Assembly (NCBI GenBank): GCA_041548245.1
Contig: JBFESZ010000072.1
Location: forward strand, 1-10,757
Length of the DNA stretch: 10,757 nt
Direction of reading: 5' to 3'
Source of the DNA: Sulfurimonadaceae bacterium
Lineage (GTDB): Bacteria > Campylobacterota > Campylobacteria > Campylobacterales > Sulfurimonadaceae
Position numbers and translations under genes: made by a program. The notes under the pieces were generated by a model. It saw only the letters and a program-made list of their open reading frames with translations, was not told where the DNA came from and made no database searches. Below are positions 1 to 7,351 of the stretch, piece by piece (position 1 is the first letter of the stretch; the number at the start of each line of letters is the position of its first letter).

Positions 1-78
1 CAGAAAAAAGTAGAACAGGAAAAACAGCAAGATATGAAACATGATTGCAATCAATAATGCTGCTGTACTTCTACTCAT
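1..78 (-). CDS. 5' end of a probable membrane-anchored protein (TonB/energy-transducer-like N-terminus), running off the window
   Basis: ATG at 78-76 reads MSRSTAALLIAIMFHILLFFLFYFFL with no stop to the window edge. It is one hydrophobic segment with a central His, as in TonB/TolA anchors. A TGATATAAT promoter at 153-145 points toward it. The SD is weak and only 26 codons are visible. Confidence 0.5.
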   Translation of the reverse strand, partial: MSRSTAALLIAIMFHILLFFLFYFFL

Positions 79-144
79 ATATTGTTATCTTTTTGTAGTG
101 GCCAAATACCATCATATTGGCATATTCAGGCTTTTGTTTTCAGC

Positions 145-153
145 ATTATATCA
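145..153 (-). promoter_or_regulatory. Extended -10 sigma70 promoter (TGaTATAAT) for the leftward ORF
   Basis: Reverse complement of ATTATATCA (145-153) is TGATATAAT, a perfect TGn-TATAAT. Confidence 0.6.
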
Positions 154-170
154 ACTTAGAATAAATTGCA

Positions 171-192
171 TTTAAAACTCTTTTGATATACT
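171..192 (+). promoter_or_regulatory. sigma70 promoter for hemL operon (extended -10 TGaTATACT with upstream TTTAA tract)
   Basis: TTTAA at 171-175, TGATATACT at 184-192, and SD AGGA at 212-215 before ATG 221. This is the usual Campylobacterota promoter layout, without a canonical -35. Confidence 0.6.
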
Positions 193-220
193 TCTTCAAT
201 AATTAACTGATAGGAATTTC

Positions 221-1504
221 ATGAATACTCAATCAAGCCAGAATGCCTTTGATGAGGCGCAAAAACTTATTCCTGGCGGTGTCAACTCGCCAGTTCGTGC
301 TTTTAAAAGTGTTGGGGGAACACCAATATTTATAGAAAAAGGCGAGGGTGGCTACCTTCTTGATATTGATGGAAACCGTTATATCGATTATGTACAGAGT
401 TGGGGACCACTGATATTTGGACATGCAGATGAGACAATTGAAAACGCCGTCATCTCTGCTGTTAAAAATGGACTTAGTTTTGGTGCACCTACATTGGCGG
501 AGACGCAATTGGCCAAATTGGTCATCGATCTAATACCTTCAATAGAAAAAATTCGTTTTGTAAGCAGTGGTACAGAAGCTGTAATGAGTGCTATTCGCCT
601 TGCCCGTGGTTATACTGGAAGAGATGATATCATTAAGTTTGAAGGGTGCTATCACGGACATAGTGATTCACTGCTTGTGCAGGCAGGTTCCGGTATGGTT
701 ACCTTTGGTAGTCCATCTTCACCGGGCGTACCGGCCGATTTCACAAAGCATACCTTGCTGGCTAAATACAACAACATCGAAAGCGTACGAAAATGTTTTG
801 AACAGAGTAGTAACATAGCCTGTATTATTATTGAGCCGATTGCTGGTAACATGGGACTGGTTCCTGCGGATAAGGATTTTCTGGCTGAACTTAGAAAGTT
901 GTGCGATGAGCACGGTACACTATTAATATTCGATGAAGTAATGAGTGGTTTTAGAGCGACACTACGAGGAGCAGAAGATATTACCGGTACCGTACCGGAC
1001 CTTATAACAATGGGTAAGGTTATAGGCGGAGGAATGCCTGTGGGCGCTTTTGGCGGCAAAAAAGAGATTATGGCAATGCTTTCTCCAGAAGGTCCTGTCT
1101 ATCAGGCTGGTACATTAAGTGGTAATCCTGTCGCTATGGCTGCAGGTCTTGCTGCGATAGGTAAGCTTAAAGACAAGGCTGTCTTGTTTACTATCTTGCA
1201 AGAGCGTGCGACGCGTCTTGTAGAAGGGATGAAAAAAGTTGCTACTGAGAATGGAATTACACTTCAAACTGAAGTAAGAGGCTCCATGTTCGGTTTTTTC
1301 TTCAGTGATAAAAAAGTAAAAAACTTTGATGATGCGTGTGCAAGTGATGAAAAACGATTCGCTGCATTTCATGCCGGCATGCTGGAAGAGGGCGTTTATT
1401 TCGCCTGTTCACAGTATGAGACGGGATTCATCTCCACAGCAACTACGGATGATATGATCGAGCAGACTATAGATGCTGCGAAAAAAGTGATGGCGAGAAT
1501 CTGA
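221..1504 (+). CDS. hemL: Glutamate-1-semialdehyde 2,1-aminomutase
   Basis: 427 aa. Motifs [42 protein letters not shown]-lysine motif [17 protein letters not shown] and [16 protein letters not shown]. Confidence 0.97.
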   Translation: MNTQSSQNAFDEAQKLIPGGVNSPVRAFKSVGGTPIFIEKGEGGYLLDIDGNRYIDYVQSWGPLIFGHADETIENAVISAVKNGLSFGAPTLAETQLAKLVIDLIPSIEKIRFVSSGTEAVMSAIRLARGYTGRDDIIKFEGCYHGHSDSLLVQAGSGMVTFGSPSSPGVPADFTKHTLLAKYNNIESVRKCFEQSSNIACIIIEPIAGNMGLVPADKDFLAELRKLCDEHGTLLIFDEVMSGFRATLRGAEDITGTVPDLITMGKVIGGGMPVGAFGGKKEIMAMLSPEGPVYQAGTLSGNPVAMAAGLAAIGKLKDKAVLFTILQERATRLVEGMKKVATENGITLQTEVRGSMFGFFFSDKKVKNFDDACASDEKRFAAFHAGMLEEGVYFACSQYETGFISTATTDDMIEQTIDAAKKVMARI

Positions 1505-1800
1505 TGTCTGAAGAGAGAAAACCGCGAATTAAACCTATTATTGAAGGTGTAGACAGCCTTTCATTGGGCGTATCTATGGTTGTTGCTGTATTGATAGGTG
1601 TGGGTATTGGAATAGGGCTGCAAAGACTATTTGATGTTAAATGGGTTTTGTGGATCGGCGTTTTTATCGGAGTCGCGGCGGCCGTTCTTAATGTATTCAA
1701 GGCCTATAAAAAGCAGATGCGTGAATTTGAAGAGTTGAAAAAGAACAATCCACGTTATCAGGACCAAAAGCCGCTGTATGATGATGAGGATGATGCGTAA
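1504..1800 (+). CDS. AtpZ/AtpI (ATPase gene1)-like small membrane protein, two TM helices
   Basis: 98 aa. LSLGVSMVVAVLIGVGIGIGL...F...WVLWIGVFIGVAAAVLNVFK matches the Gly-rich helical hairpin pattern of ATPase gene1/AtpZ proteins. Acidic tail YDDEDDA. TGATG overlap with hemL. Confidence 0.75.
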   Translation: MSEERKPRIKPIIEGVDSLSLGVSMVVAVLIGVGIGIGLQRLFDVKWVLWIGVFIGVAAAVLNVFKAYKKQMREFEELKKNNPRYQDQKPLYDDEDDA

Positions 1801-2308
1801 ATATCTTTTTGGAGTTTTGTTAGTCAAACTCATTTTTGTACTGGTTCTGCTCATTCAGGGACATTGGCAATGGTTGTTGAATTTCGAACTGGCTTTTTTG
1901 AGTTCAATGGCTATTGTCTTTGGCTCTTTTCATGGTTATAAACGGCTTGTTCTTAAACGATTAGAATCAGGTGAGGGTTTAGAGAATGATCTTCTCGATA
2001 AAATCGAAGACCCACATGAGCTTTATGAAGAAGAACACTCGGGTATTGACGAAAAGACAGTTGATCTTGCTCGGATAGTCAAAGATGAAAAAGCCCGACT
2101 TAAACAGAACAAGCAGACCCTGAAAAAGACATTGAAGTCTTCTCGAGGATTGTTCTCTTTATGGCGCTTTATCCCTTACGCCGTCCTTGTGTTAAGTTTT
2201 ATTGGGTTGAATAACAACAGAATACTTGATATCACCGCTTTTCTTATCGGCCTTGGCTTTGGAATCGCGTCTGCTGTTTTTATAGGGATAAAATCTATTA
2301 ATCGGTAA
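1793..2308 (+). CDS. Hypothetical integral membrane protein (2 TM + charged loop + 2 TM), possibly AtpI/UncI-like
   Basis: ORF 1778..2308 has several tandem ATGs (1778, 1781, 1784, 1790, 1793), and the true start is uncertain. It has two N-terminal and two C-terminal hydrophobic segments separated by an acidic then basic loop (DKIEDPHELYEEE...KQTLKKTLKS). It overlaps the upstream stop. Confidence 0.75.
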   Translation: MRKYLFGVLLVKLIFVLVLLIQGHWQWLLNFELAFLSSMAIVFGSFHGYKRLVLKRLESGEGLENDLLDKIEDPHELYEEEHSGIDEKTVDLARIVKDEKARLKQNKQTLKKTLKSSRGLFSLWRFIPYAVLVLSFIGLNNNRILDITAFLIGLGFGIASAVFIGIKSINR

Positions 2309-2984
2309 TCAGCGGTATATTCAAGACTGCTGTATTGTGCTTGAAATCTATAAAGATATTCATTTTACCTGCAAGTCCCTTTAACTCTGTAATCTGATCA
2401 TTTTTCATCTGATCACTTTGTACTTCGATTGAAAAAAGCGTATATTTTTTATCTTCGGTCTTGATGTGTTCACCAATACGAAAATAGATTTTTGTCGTTA
2501 TTCTTAGGGCCTCTTTGTGCATCTCATACACTTTATTTAGAAGTTTGATGAAACGTTCAGTCGGGATTCGAATATCTGGAATAGTAGGGTCAAAGTCTTT
2601 TATATGCGTAGATGAACTACCAATTGAGTTTGAACTGATACACAGATCAACCAGGGTGTAAATATTGACGAGGTCTCCCTCTTGACTTGGTTCAGAGTAA
2701 TGAAAAGCCGGTGATTGAAAAAGTCTAAGACCTATCTCGTCTTCATTATCATAGCCTACCATCAATGCAAAGAATCGAAAACGTCCATATTCAAGATCTA
2801 AAAAACTGGTCTTAAACCCCGTATTGGCATTGGCATAGGTTATGGCCAGTTTAAAAAGGGAAGCGGCATCTGTGTACCCGAGCAGATACTGAGCTTCATT
2901 GTTTAAAGTAAGGATTTTACCGTCGCTGTCAAAGAGTATGTATGGATTGTAGTCAAACTCAATCCATTTCTCACAAAAGTTCAT
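2298..2984 (-). CDS. Hypothetical protein: N-terminal PAS-like domain plus C-terminal degenerate HATPase_c-like domain
   Basis: 228 aa. SD AAAGG at 2994-2990, and the start lies 13 nt after the rpoD stop. NPYILFDSDGKILTLNNEAQYLLGY is a typical PAS N-terminal signature. The C-terminal half resembles a kinase CA domain without the G boxes. Confidence 0.8.
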   Translation of the reverse strand: MNFCEKWIEFDYNPYILFDSDGKILTLNNEAQYLLGYTDAASLFKLAITYANANTGFKTSFLDLEYGRFRFFALMVGYDNEDEIGLRLFQSPAFHYSEPSQEGDLVNIYTLVDLCISSNSIGSSSTHIKDFDPTIPDIRIPTERFIKLLNKVYEMHKEALRITTKIYFRIGEHIKTEDKKYTLFSIEVQSDQMKNDQITELKGLAGKMNIFIDFKHNTAVLNIPLITD

Positions 2985-2997
2985 AATTGCCTTTCAA

Positions 2998-4854
2998 TTA
3001 CTCTTCGATATAGTTTTTGAGTTTGCGTCCTACTTTAGGGTGTTTAAGCTTTTTGATCGCAGAAGATTCAATTTGACGAACACGCTCACGTGTTACATTC
3101 AACTCTTTACCGATCTCTTCAAGTGTACGATCACTTTCATCATCCATAATTCCAAAACGCATTTTAATAACAGCTTTTTCTCTTTCGTTAAGCTGCTCTA
3201 GTACACCTTCAATCTGAAGTTTTAGGTCATCTTTTAAAATCGATTCAGCAGGGGAGATGGAATTTTTGTCTTCAATAAAGTCTCCAAAACGTCCATCTTC
3301 TTCGTTTCCAATAGGCGCCTCGAGTGAAATAGGCTCTTTTGTTATCTTAATAACGTTTTTGACCTTTTCAACACTAAGACCAACCTCTTTAGCGATTGTA
3401 TCGACATCTGGCTCTTTCCCTTCTTCCTGAAGGTGTTTACGCATGATTTTGTTGATTCTGTTAATCGTTTCTATCATATGGATAGGAATACGGATAGTTC
3501 GTGCCTGGTCGGCGATAGCACGTGAGATAGCCTGGCGAATCCACCATGTTGCATAGGTAGAGAACTTGTATCCTTTTTTGTATTCAAACTTGTCGACAGC
3601 TTTCATAAGACCGATGTTTCCTTCTTGGATCAGGTCAAGGAAAGGCAGTCCGCGGTTTGTATAACGTTTTGCGATAGAAACAACAAGACGCAGGTTTGAT
3701 TTGGCCATACGTGTTTTTCCAATTTCAGATATCTCTTTACCGCGTTTTATCTGTTCTAAAATCGCTATGAGTTTTTCCGGTTCCATGTCAAAGCTGTCTT
3801 TTGATGCTTCATTGGTTTGGATCAGCTTTTTGATTTCCATATAGGTACTAACCATCGTCGCTTCAGGTACTCTTGCTGTTACGTCCTCTTTTGAAAGGTC
3901 GATGATCTCTTCAAGAAGCTGCGCATGGTTTTTGCGTAGTGTTTCATTGAATAGGGGCAGTTTATACTCCAAGCGTTTTAGTTCTTTTTCAAAACCATCT
4001 TCGCTATGAAGTGCCGTCTCCATTGATTTGACAAGTTCATTGATAAGTTTGGATGTCGGCCCAAGATCTAAAAGACGTTCTTTGAGTATTTTCTTTTTAA
4101 AACTTGCTGTGAGAAAGTGTGTGATGTGTTCTAAATCATCCTTGTCTTCAGGGAATTCTTTTTCGGTTGTTTTTACCCACTCTTTTTTGGCTTTTTCCAG
4201 AGCCTTGAAGCTGGTAACAACTTTTTCAACACGTTTTTTATCTTTAGCAGTGAGTTTAACCTCTTTTTCATCATCAGAATCATCATCGTCGGAGTTGTCA
4301 TCATCAGAGCCATTGTCCGCACCTTCGTCTTCAAAGTTCTTAAAGAGCTCTTTGACACGGCGCTCTCTGTTAATAAGCGGCTCTTTGTAATCAAGGATAA
4401 AGTCGATCAAATAAGGGACTGAACAGATGGCATCAAGAATAATGTTCTCACCGTTTTCTATACGTTTGGAGATGGAAACCTCTTCATCTTTCGTTAGAAG
4501 AGGGATCTGTCCCATCTCTCTAAGGTACATACGTACAGGTGAATCAGAGCGAGACCACTCCAGGAGTTCACGCTCTTTCATGATGTCGAAGTCTTCGTTA
4601 TCGGCATCTTCAAGCATCTTTTTTTGAGCTTCACGGCGAGCTTCTGACTCTTGCTGATTCAAAACTTGAGCATGCTCAGATGATGTATAAAGGCATTTTT
4701 TATATTTTTGCGCATGCTTGATGATATTTTTTACCTGAGTGCTTGTTGGGGCTTTATCAAAAAGCTCTACAATCTCTTCATAGGTAATACATGTGTCATC
4801 AGGGTGGTTGGCAAACAGTTCTTCTAGGTTCTTGTTTAGCTCTTTTGCAGACAA
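2998..4854 (-). CDS. rpoD: RNA polymerase primary sigma factor (sigma70/sigma80)
   Basis: 618 aa. Region 1.2 [13 protein letters not shown], region 2 [57 protein letters not shown], region 4 [21 protein letters not shown], and an acidic non-conserved region. TTG start with SD AAGGAG at 4865-4860. Confidence 0.98.
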   Translation of the reverse strand: MSAKELNKNLEELFANHPDDTCITYEEIVELFDKAPTSTQVKNIIKHAQKYKKCLYTSSEHAQVLNQQESEARREAQKKMLEDADNEDFDIMKERELLEWSRSDSPVRMYLREMGQIPLLTKDEEVSISKRIENGENIILDAICSVPYLIDFILDYKEPLINRERRVKELFKNFEDEGADNGSDDDNSDDDDSDDEKEVKLTAKDKKRVEKVVTSFKALEKAKKEWVKTTEKEFPEDKDDLEHITHFLTASFKKKILKERLLDLGPTSKLINELVKSMETALHSEDGFEKELKRLEYKLPLFNETLRKNHAQLLEEIIDLSKEDVTARVPEATMVSTYMEIKKLIQTNEASKDSFDMEPEKLIAILEQIKRGKEISEIGKTRMAKSNLRLVVSIAKRYTNRGLPFLDLIQEGNIGLMKAVDKFEYKKGYKFSTYATWWIRQAISRAIADQARTIRIPIHMIETINRINKIMRKHLQEEGKEPDVDTIAKEVGLSVEKVKNVIKITKEPISLEAPIGNEEDGRFGDFIEDKNSISPAESILKDDLKLQIEGVLEQLNEREKAVIKMRFGIMDDESDRTLEEIGKELNVTRERVRQIESSAIKKLKHPKVGRKLKNYIEE

Positions 4855-4899
4855 AGAGGCTCCTTGCAGGTGTATTGATTCATATTGAATAAAGGATGG

Positions 4900-4922
4900 A
4901 TTATACCCAAACTTTTTTTAAA
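4900..4922 (-). promoter_or_regulatory. sigma70 promoter for rpoD
   Basis: The minus strand reads TTTAAAAAAAGTTTGGGTATAAT, with a perfect TATAAT at 4905-4900 about 46 nt upstream of the TTG start. Confidence 0.65.
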
Positions 4923-5013
4923 TATAGCTATATCGTCTTAAAAAGCCTATGGTTTAGTGGTTTCATAAAATCAATGATTTGTTTGTATATTTTAATTTTT
5001 TATATTTTTTAAA

Positions 5014-5030
5014 TGGAACGTATTTTGCTA
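5014..5030 (+). promoter_or_regulatory. sigma54 (RpoN) -24/-12 promoter for flgF-flgG
   Basis: TGGAACGTATTTTGCTA has GG at 5015-5016 and GC at 5027-5028, exactly 10 nt apart. This is the GGAAC-N5-TTGC form typical of Campylobacter/Helicobacter flagellar rod and hook genes. It is preceded by T tracts. Confidence 0.88.
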
Positions 5031-5059
5031 GTTTCATTTATATTCGTAAAGGAGCACAG

Positions 5060-5884
5060 ATGCAAAATGGATTTTACTCTGCTGCCGGCGGGATGGTGGC
5101 CCAGTTTTCTCGACTGGACAACATTACCAATAATCTTGCCAATGTTAACACTAACGGTTATAAAAGACAAGACCTTGTAATAGGGGACTTTCTTCGTCTT
5201 TATCAAGAAAAACGTGACGAACTGCCACTTGAGAATCACACAAAGCAGTCAGCAAAATTTATAAACAGGTCAGTGGCTCGTGTTCCACAGGTAATCGCCT
5301 CATATAATGATATGAGTGTTGGATCATTCCAGCAGACCTCTAATACATTTGATATTGCACTAAAGGAAAAGAATCTCTTTTTTGCTGTCCTGACACCAGA
5401 AGGTATAAAGTTGACAAGAGATGGGGCATTCACTTTGGATGATGAAGGTTTTCTTGTAACTAAGGAAGGTCATAAAGTACTTCCTGCTGACTATTCTGAC
5501 AGCGGAAACTTTATCAAATTCAATGTTGATGCTACCAACATAGCACTTGATAAGAACGGCCAATTCTCTTACTTGATTCCTGGTGATGGTACTTTTATCC
5601 CTGGAAGTGAACTGTTACTGGTTGAGCCAGAAAGTATTGATAAGCTCAAGCACGCTTCTGGTAATCTTTTTACACCGGATTCTACGGATAGACTAAAAGC
5701 AGTCAAAGGCTCAGGGGCAGTATCGCAAGGCTTTTTGGAGAAGAGTAATGTCAATGCCATCCGTTCAATGGTGGGTATGATTGAGACACAGCGTCTAGTG
5801 GGTATGTATCAAAAAGCGATGGACACCCAGATGAATGAAATGAACCGTGAAGCAATTGACAAGATTGCAAGCACGAGAGCTTAG
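5060..5884 (+). CDS. flgF: Flagellar basal-body rod protein FlgF (flgG2-type)
   Basis: Start corrected to ATG 5060 (SD AAGGAG 5049-5054, downstream of the sigma54 promoter), giving 274 aa. Motifs LDNITNNLANVNTNGYK, LTRDGAFTLDDEGFLVTKEG and QGFLEKSNVNAIRSMVGMIE. It lies directly upstream of flgG. Confidence 0.9.
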   Translation: MQNGFYSAAGGMVAQFSRLDNITNNLANVNTNGYKRQDLVIGDFLRLYQEKRDELPLENHTKQSAKFINRSVARVPQVIASYNDMSVGSFQQTSNTFDIALKEKNLFFAVLTPEGIKLTRDGAFTLDDEGFLVTKEGHKVLPADYSDSGNFIKFNVDATNIALDKNGQFSYLIPGDGTFIPGSELLLVEPESIDKLKHASGNLFTPDSTDRLKAVKGSGAVSQGFLEKSNVNAIRSMVGMIETQRLVGMYQKAMDTQMNEMNREAIDKIASTRA

Positions 5885-5901
5885 GATAAAGGAATAAAAC
5901 C

Positions 5902-6690
5902 ATGATGAGATCACTTTATACAGCTTCTACGGGAATGCTGGCACAACAACTGCATATTGACAATACGTCAAACAATATTGCCAATGTCAATACTATCGGT
6001 TTTAAGTCATCACGTGCCGAGTTTGCCGATTTGATGTATCAGACAATGGAATATGCAGGAACAGGAACCTCTCAGATCACTAAATCACCTACTGGGATCG
6101 AGGTGGGATTAGGTGTACGCCCGACTGCTATCACTAAGATTTTTACAGAAGGCAATCTGAAACAGACAGCGAACAATCTCGATATAGCAATAACGGGTAA
6201 AGGTTTCTTCAAAGTGGAACTTCCTGACGGTACCGAATCTTATACGAGAAATGGAGCTTTCAAACTTGATGAGAATGGGACTATTGTCAACTCAGATGGT
6301 TATAAACTGATACCTGAGATTGTCGTTCCGGATGATGCCACTGACATCAATATAGGTACGGATGGTATCGTTACTGTTATTCAACCGGGGCAAACACAGG
6401 CCACACAAATAGGACAAATCACAACCATTAGTTTCATTAATCCGGCCGGTTTGCATTCTTTGGGTGACACTTTGTATCTTGAGACAGAGTCTTCAGGTGT
6501 TCCGATTGAAGACACACCTGGACTGAATGGCTTGGGACCATTAAGACAGGGATTTGTTGAGATGTCTAATGTCCAGCTTGTTGTCGAACTTACCGAATTG
6601 ATCACAGGACAAAGGGCTTATGAAGCTGACTCAAAAGCTATTACAACTTCAGATGAGATGCTTCAAACAGTTGTCAATCTAAAACGTTAA
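5902..6690 (+). CDS. flgG: Flagellar basal-body distal rod protein FlgG
   Basis: 262 aa. MMRSLYTASTGMLAQQ, SNNIANVNTIGFK, EFADLMYQ, GLGVRP, YTRNGAFKLD, QGFVEMSNV and ITGQRAYE..SKAITTSDEML. SD AAAGGA. Confidence 0.96.
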   Translation: MMRSLYTASTGMLAQQLHIDNTSNNIANVNTIGFKSSRAEFADLMYQTMEYAGTGTSQITKSPTGIEVGLGVRPTAITKIFTEGNLKQTANNLDIAITGKGFFKVELPDGTESYTRNGAFKLDENGTIVNSDGYKLIPEIVVPDDATDINIGTDGIVTVIQPGQTQATQIGQITTISFINPAGLHSLGDTLYLETESSGVPIEDTPGLNGLGPLRQGFVEMSNVQLVVELTELITGQRAYEADSKAITTSDEMLQTVVNLKR

Positions 6691-6701
6691 CGGTTCCATA
6701 A

Positions 6702-6745
6702 ATATGCTGCTATTAATTAATATTATGCAGCATGTCCTTCTATTT
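6702..6745 (+). terminator. Possible stem-loop terminator after flgG
   Basis: Inverted repeat ATGCTGC (6704-6710) / GCAGCAT (6727-6733), extendable by a G-U and an A-U pair, around an AT-only loop. The downstream U-tract is poor (CCTTCTATTT). Confidence 0.4.
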
Positions 6746-6776
6746 AAACTCTTTTAAACCTCACATTGGCTAGAAT
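6743..6776 (+). promoter_or_regulatory. sigma70 promoter for the leuD operon
   Basis: TTTAA at 6743 and 6753 (10-bp periodicity), then TTGGC-TAGAAT with the -10 at 6771-6776. Confidence 0.6.
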
Positions 6777-6850
6777 CACAAAAAAATTAATACAAGAGTG
6801 CTCAGATAGCTATAGCTATGTTGATGAACACTTTTTATGTAGGACTTAAT

Positions 6851-7351
6851 ATGCAAACTATCGAAGGTAAAGTTTGGAATTTCGGCAAAGATATTGATAC
6901 GGATCTTATTATCGCTGCTAGATACTTGAATACTTCCGTGCCTGAAGAATTGGCAAAACATGTTATGGAAGATGCAGATCCGGAATTTGTAAACAAAATG
7001 CAAGCGGGTGATATTATTGTCGCAGGTGACAACTTTGGTTGTGGCTCTTCTCGTGAACATGCTCCTATCGCTTTGAAGGCAGCTGGCGTCGCTGCAGTTA
7101 TCGCACCGACATTTGCACGTATTTTCTATAGAAATGCGTTTAACATGGGTCTACCGATTTTTGAACTTCCAGAGAGTGCTGAAATCACTGAAGGTCAAAG
7201 TGTAAAAATAGATATGGATGCTGGTACTATTACTAATTTGAGTACAAATAAAATATACAAATTTACACCGATTCCACCTTTTATGCAGGAACTGATTGCA
7301 GCAGGCGGATTGATGAACTTTGCAAAAAAAGAAGTGGAAGAGGCTAAATAA
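6851..7351 (+). CDS. leuD: 3-isopropylmalate dehydratase small subunit (short LeuD type 2 / HacB-DmdB-like subfamily)
   Basis: Start corrected to ATG 6851 (SD AGGA 6841-6844), giving 166 aa. Motifs [38 protein letters not shown] and [15 protein letters not shown]. Coupled to leuB. Confidence 0.92.
   Translation: MQTIEGKVWNFGKDIDTDLIIAARYLNTSVPEELAKHVMEDADPEFVNKMQAGDIIVAGDNFGCGSSREHAPIALKAAGVAAVIAPTFARIFYRNAFNMGLPIFELPESAEITEGQSVKIDMDAGTITNLSTNKIYKFTPIPPFMQELIAAGGLMNFAKKEVEEAK

Noticed and set aside
1..57. Plus-strand frame QKKVEQEKQQDMKHDCNQ-stop as the 3' end of an upstream gene
   Set aside because: It is the exact antisense of the hydrophobic minus-strand ORF, which has an ATG and a perfect extended -10 pointing at it. 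Disfavoured, but it cannot be fully excluded from this window.
175..184. AAACTCTTTT shared between the hemL promoter (175-184) and the leuD promoter (6746-6755)
   Set aside because: It sits at different distances from the two -10 boxes and is explained by the generic periodic A/T tracts of Campylobacterota promoters.
233..1854. ORF-track entries 233..508, 588..818, 652..1059, 719..913, 1115..1372, 1467..1700 and 1627..1854
   Set aside because: Antisense or off-frame shadows of hemL and the downstream membrane genes, with no recognisable motifs.
4028..4627. Ser-rich ORFs 4028..4390 and 4427..4627, ORF 4173..4394, and the TCA/TCG-rich quasi-repeat near 4268-4330
   Set aside because: These are shadows of rpoD. 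The repeat simply encodes the Asp/Glu-rich acidic stretch normal for the RpoD non-conserved region.
4901..4909. TTATACCCA resembling a DnaA box
   Set aside because: Single copy with one mismatch, fully explained by the rpoD -10 element on the other strand.
4979..5059. 27-aa N-terminal extension of FlgF in the ORF track
   Set aside because: It spans the sigma54 promoter. ATG 5060 has a strong SD and gives the typical FlgF N-terminus MQNGFYSAAGGM.
6777..6850. Classical leucine leader peptide, or an upstream leuD start at 6818
   Set aside because: No Leu-codon run exists (only GTG CTC AGA TAG at 6798-6809). ATG 6818 lacks an SD, whereas ATG 6851 follows AGGA.
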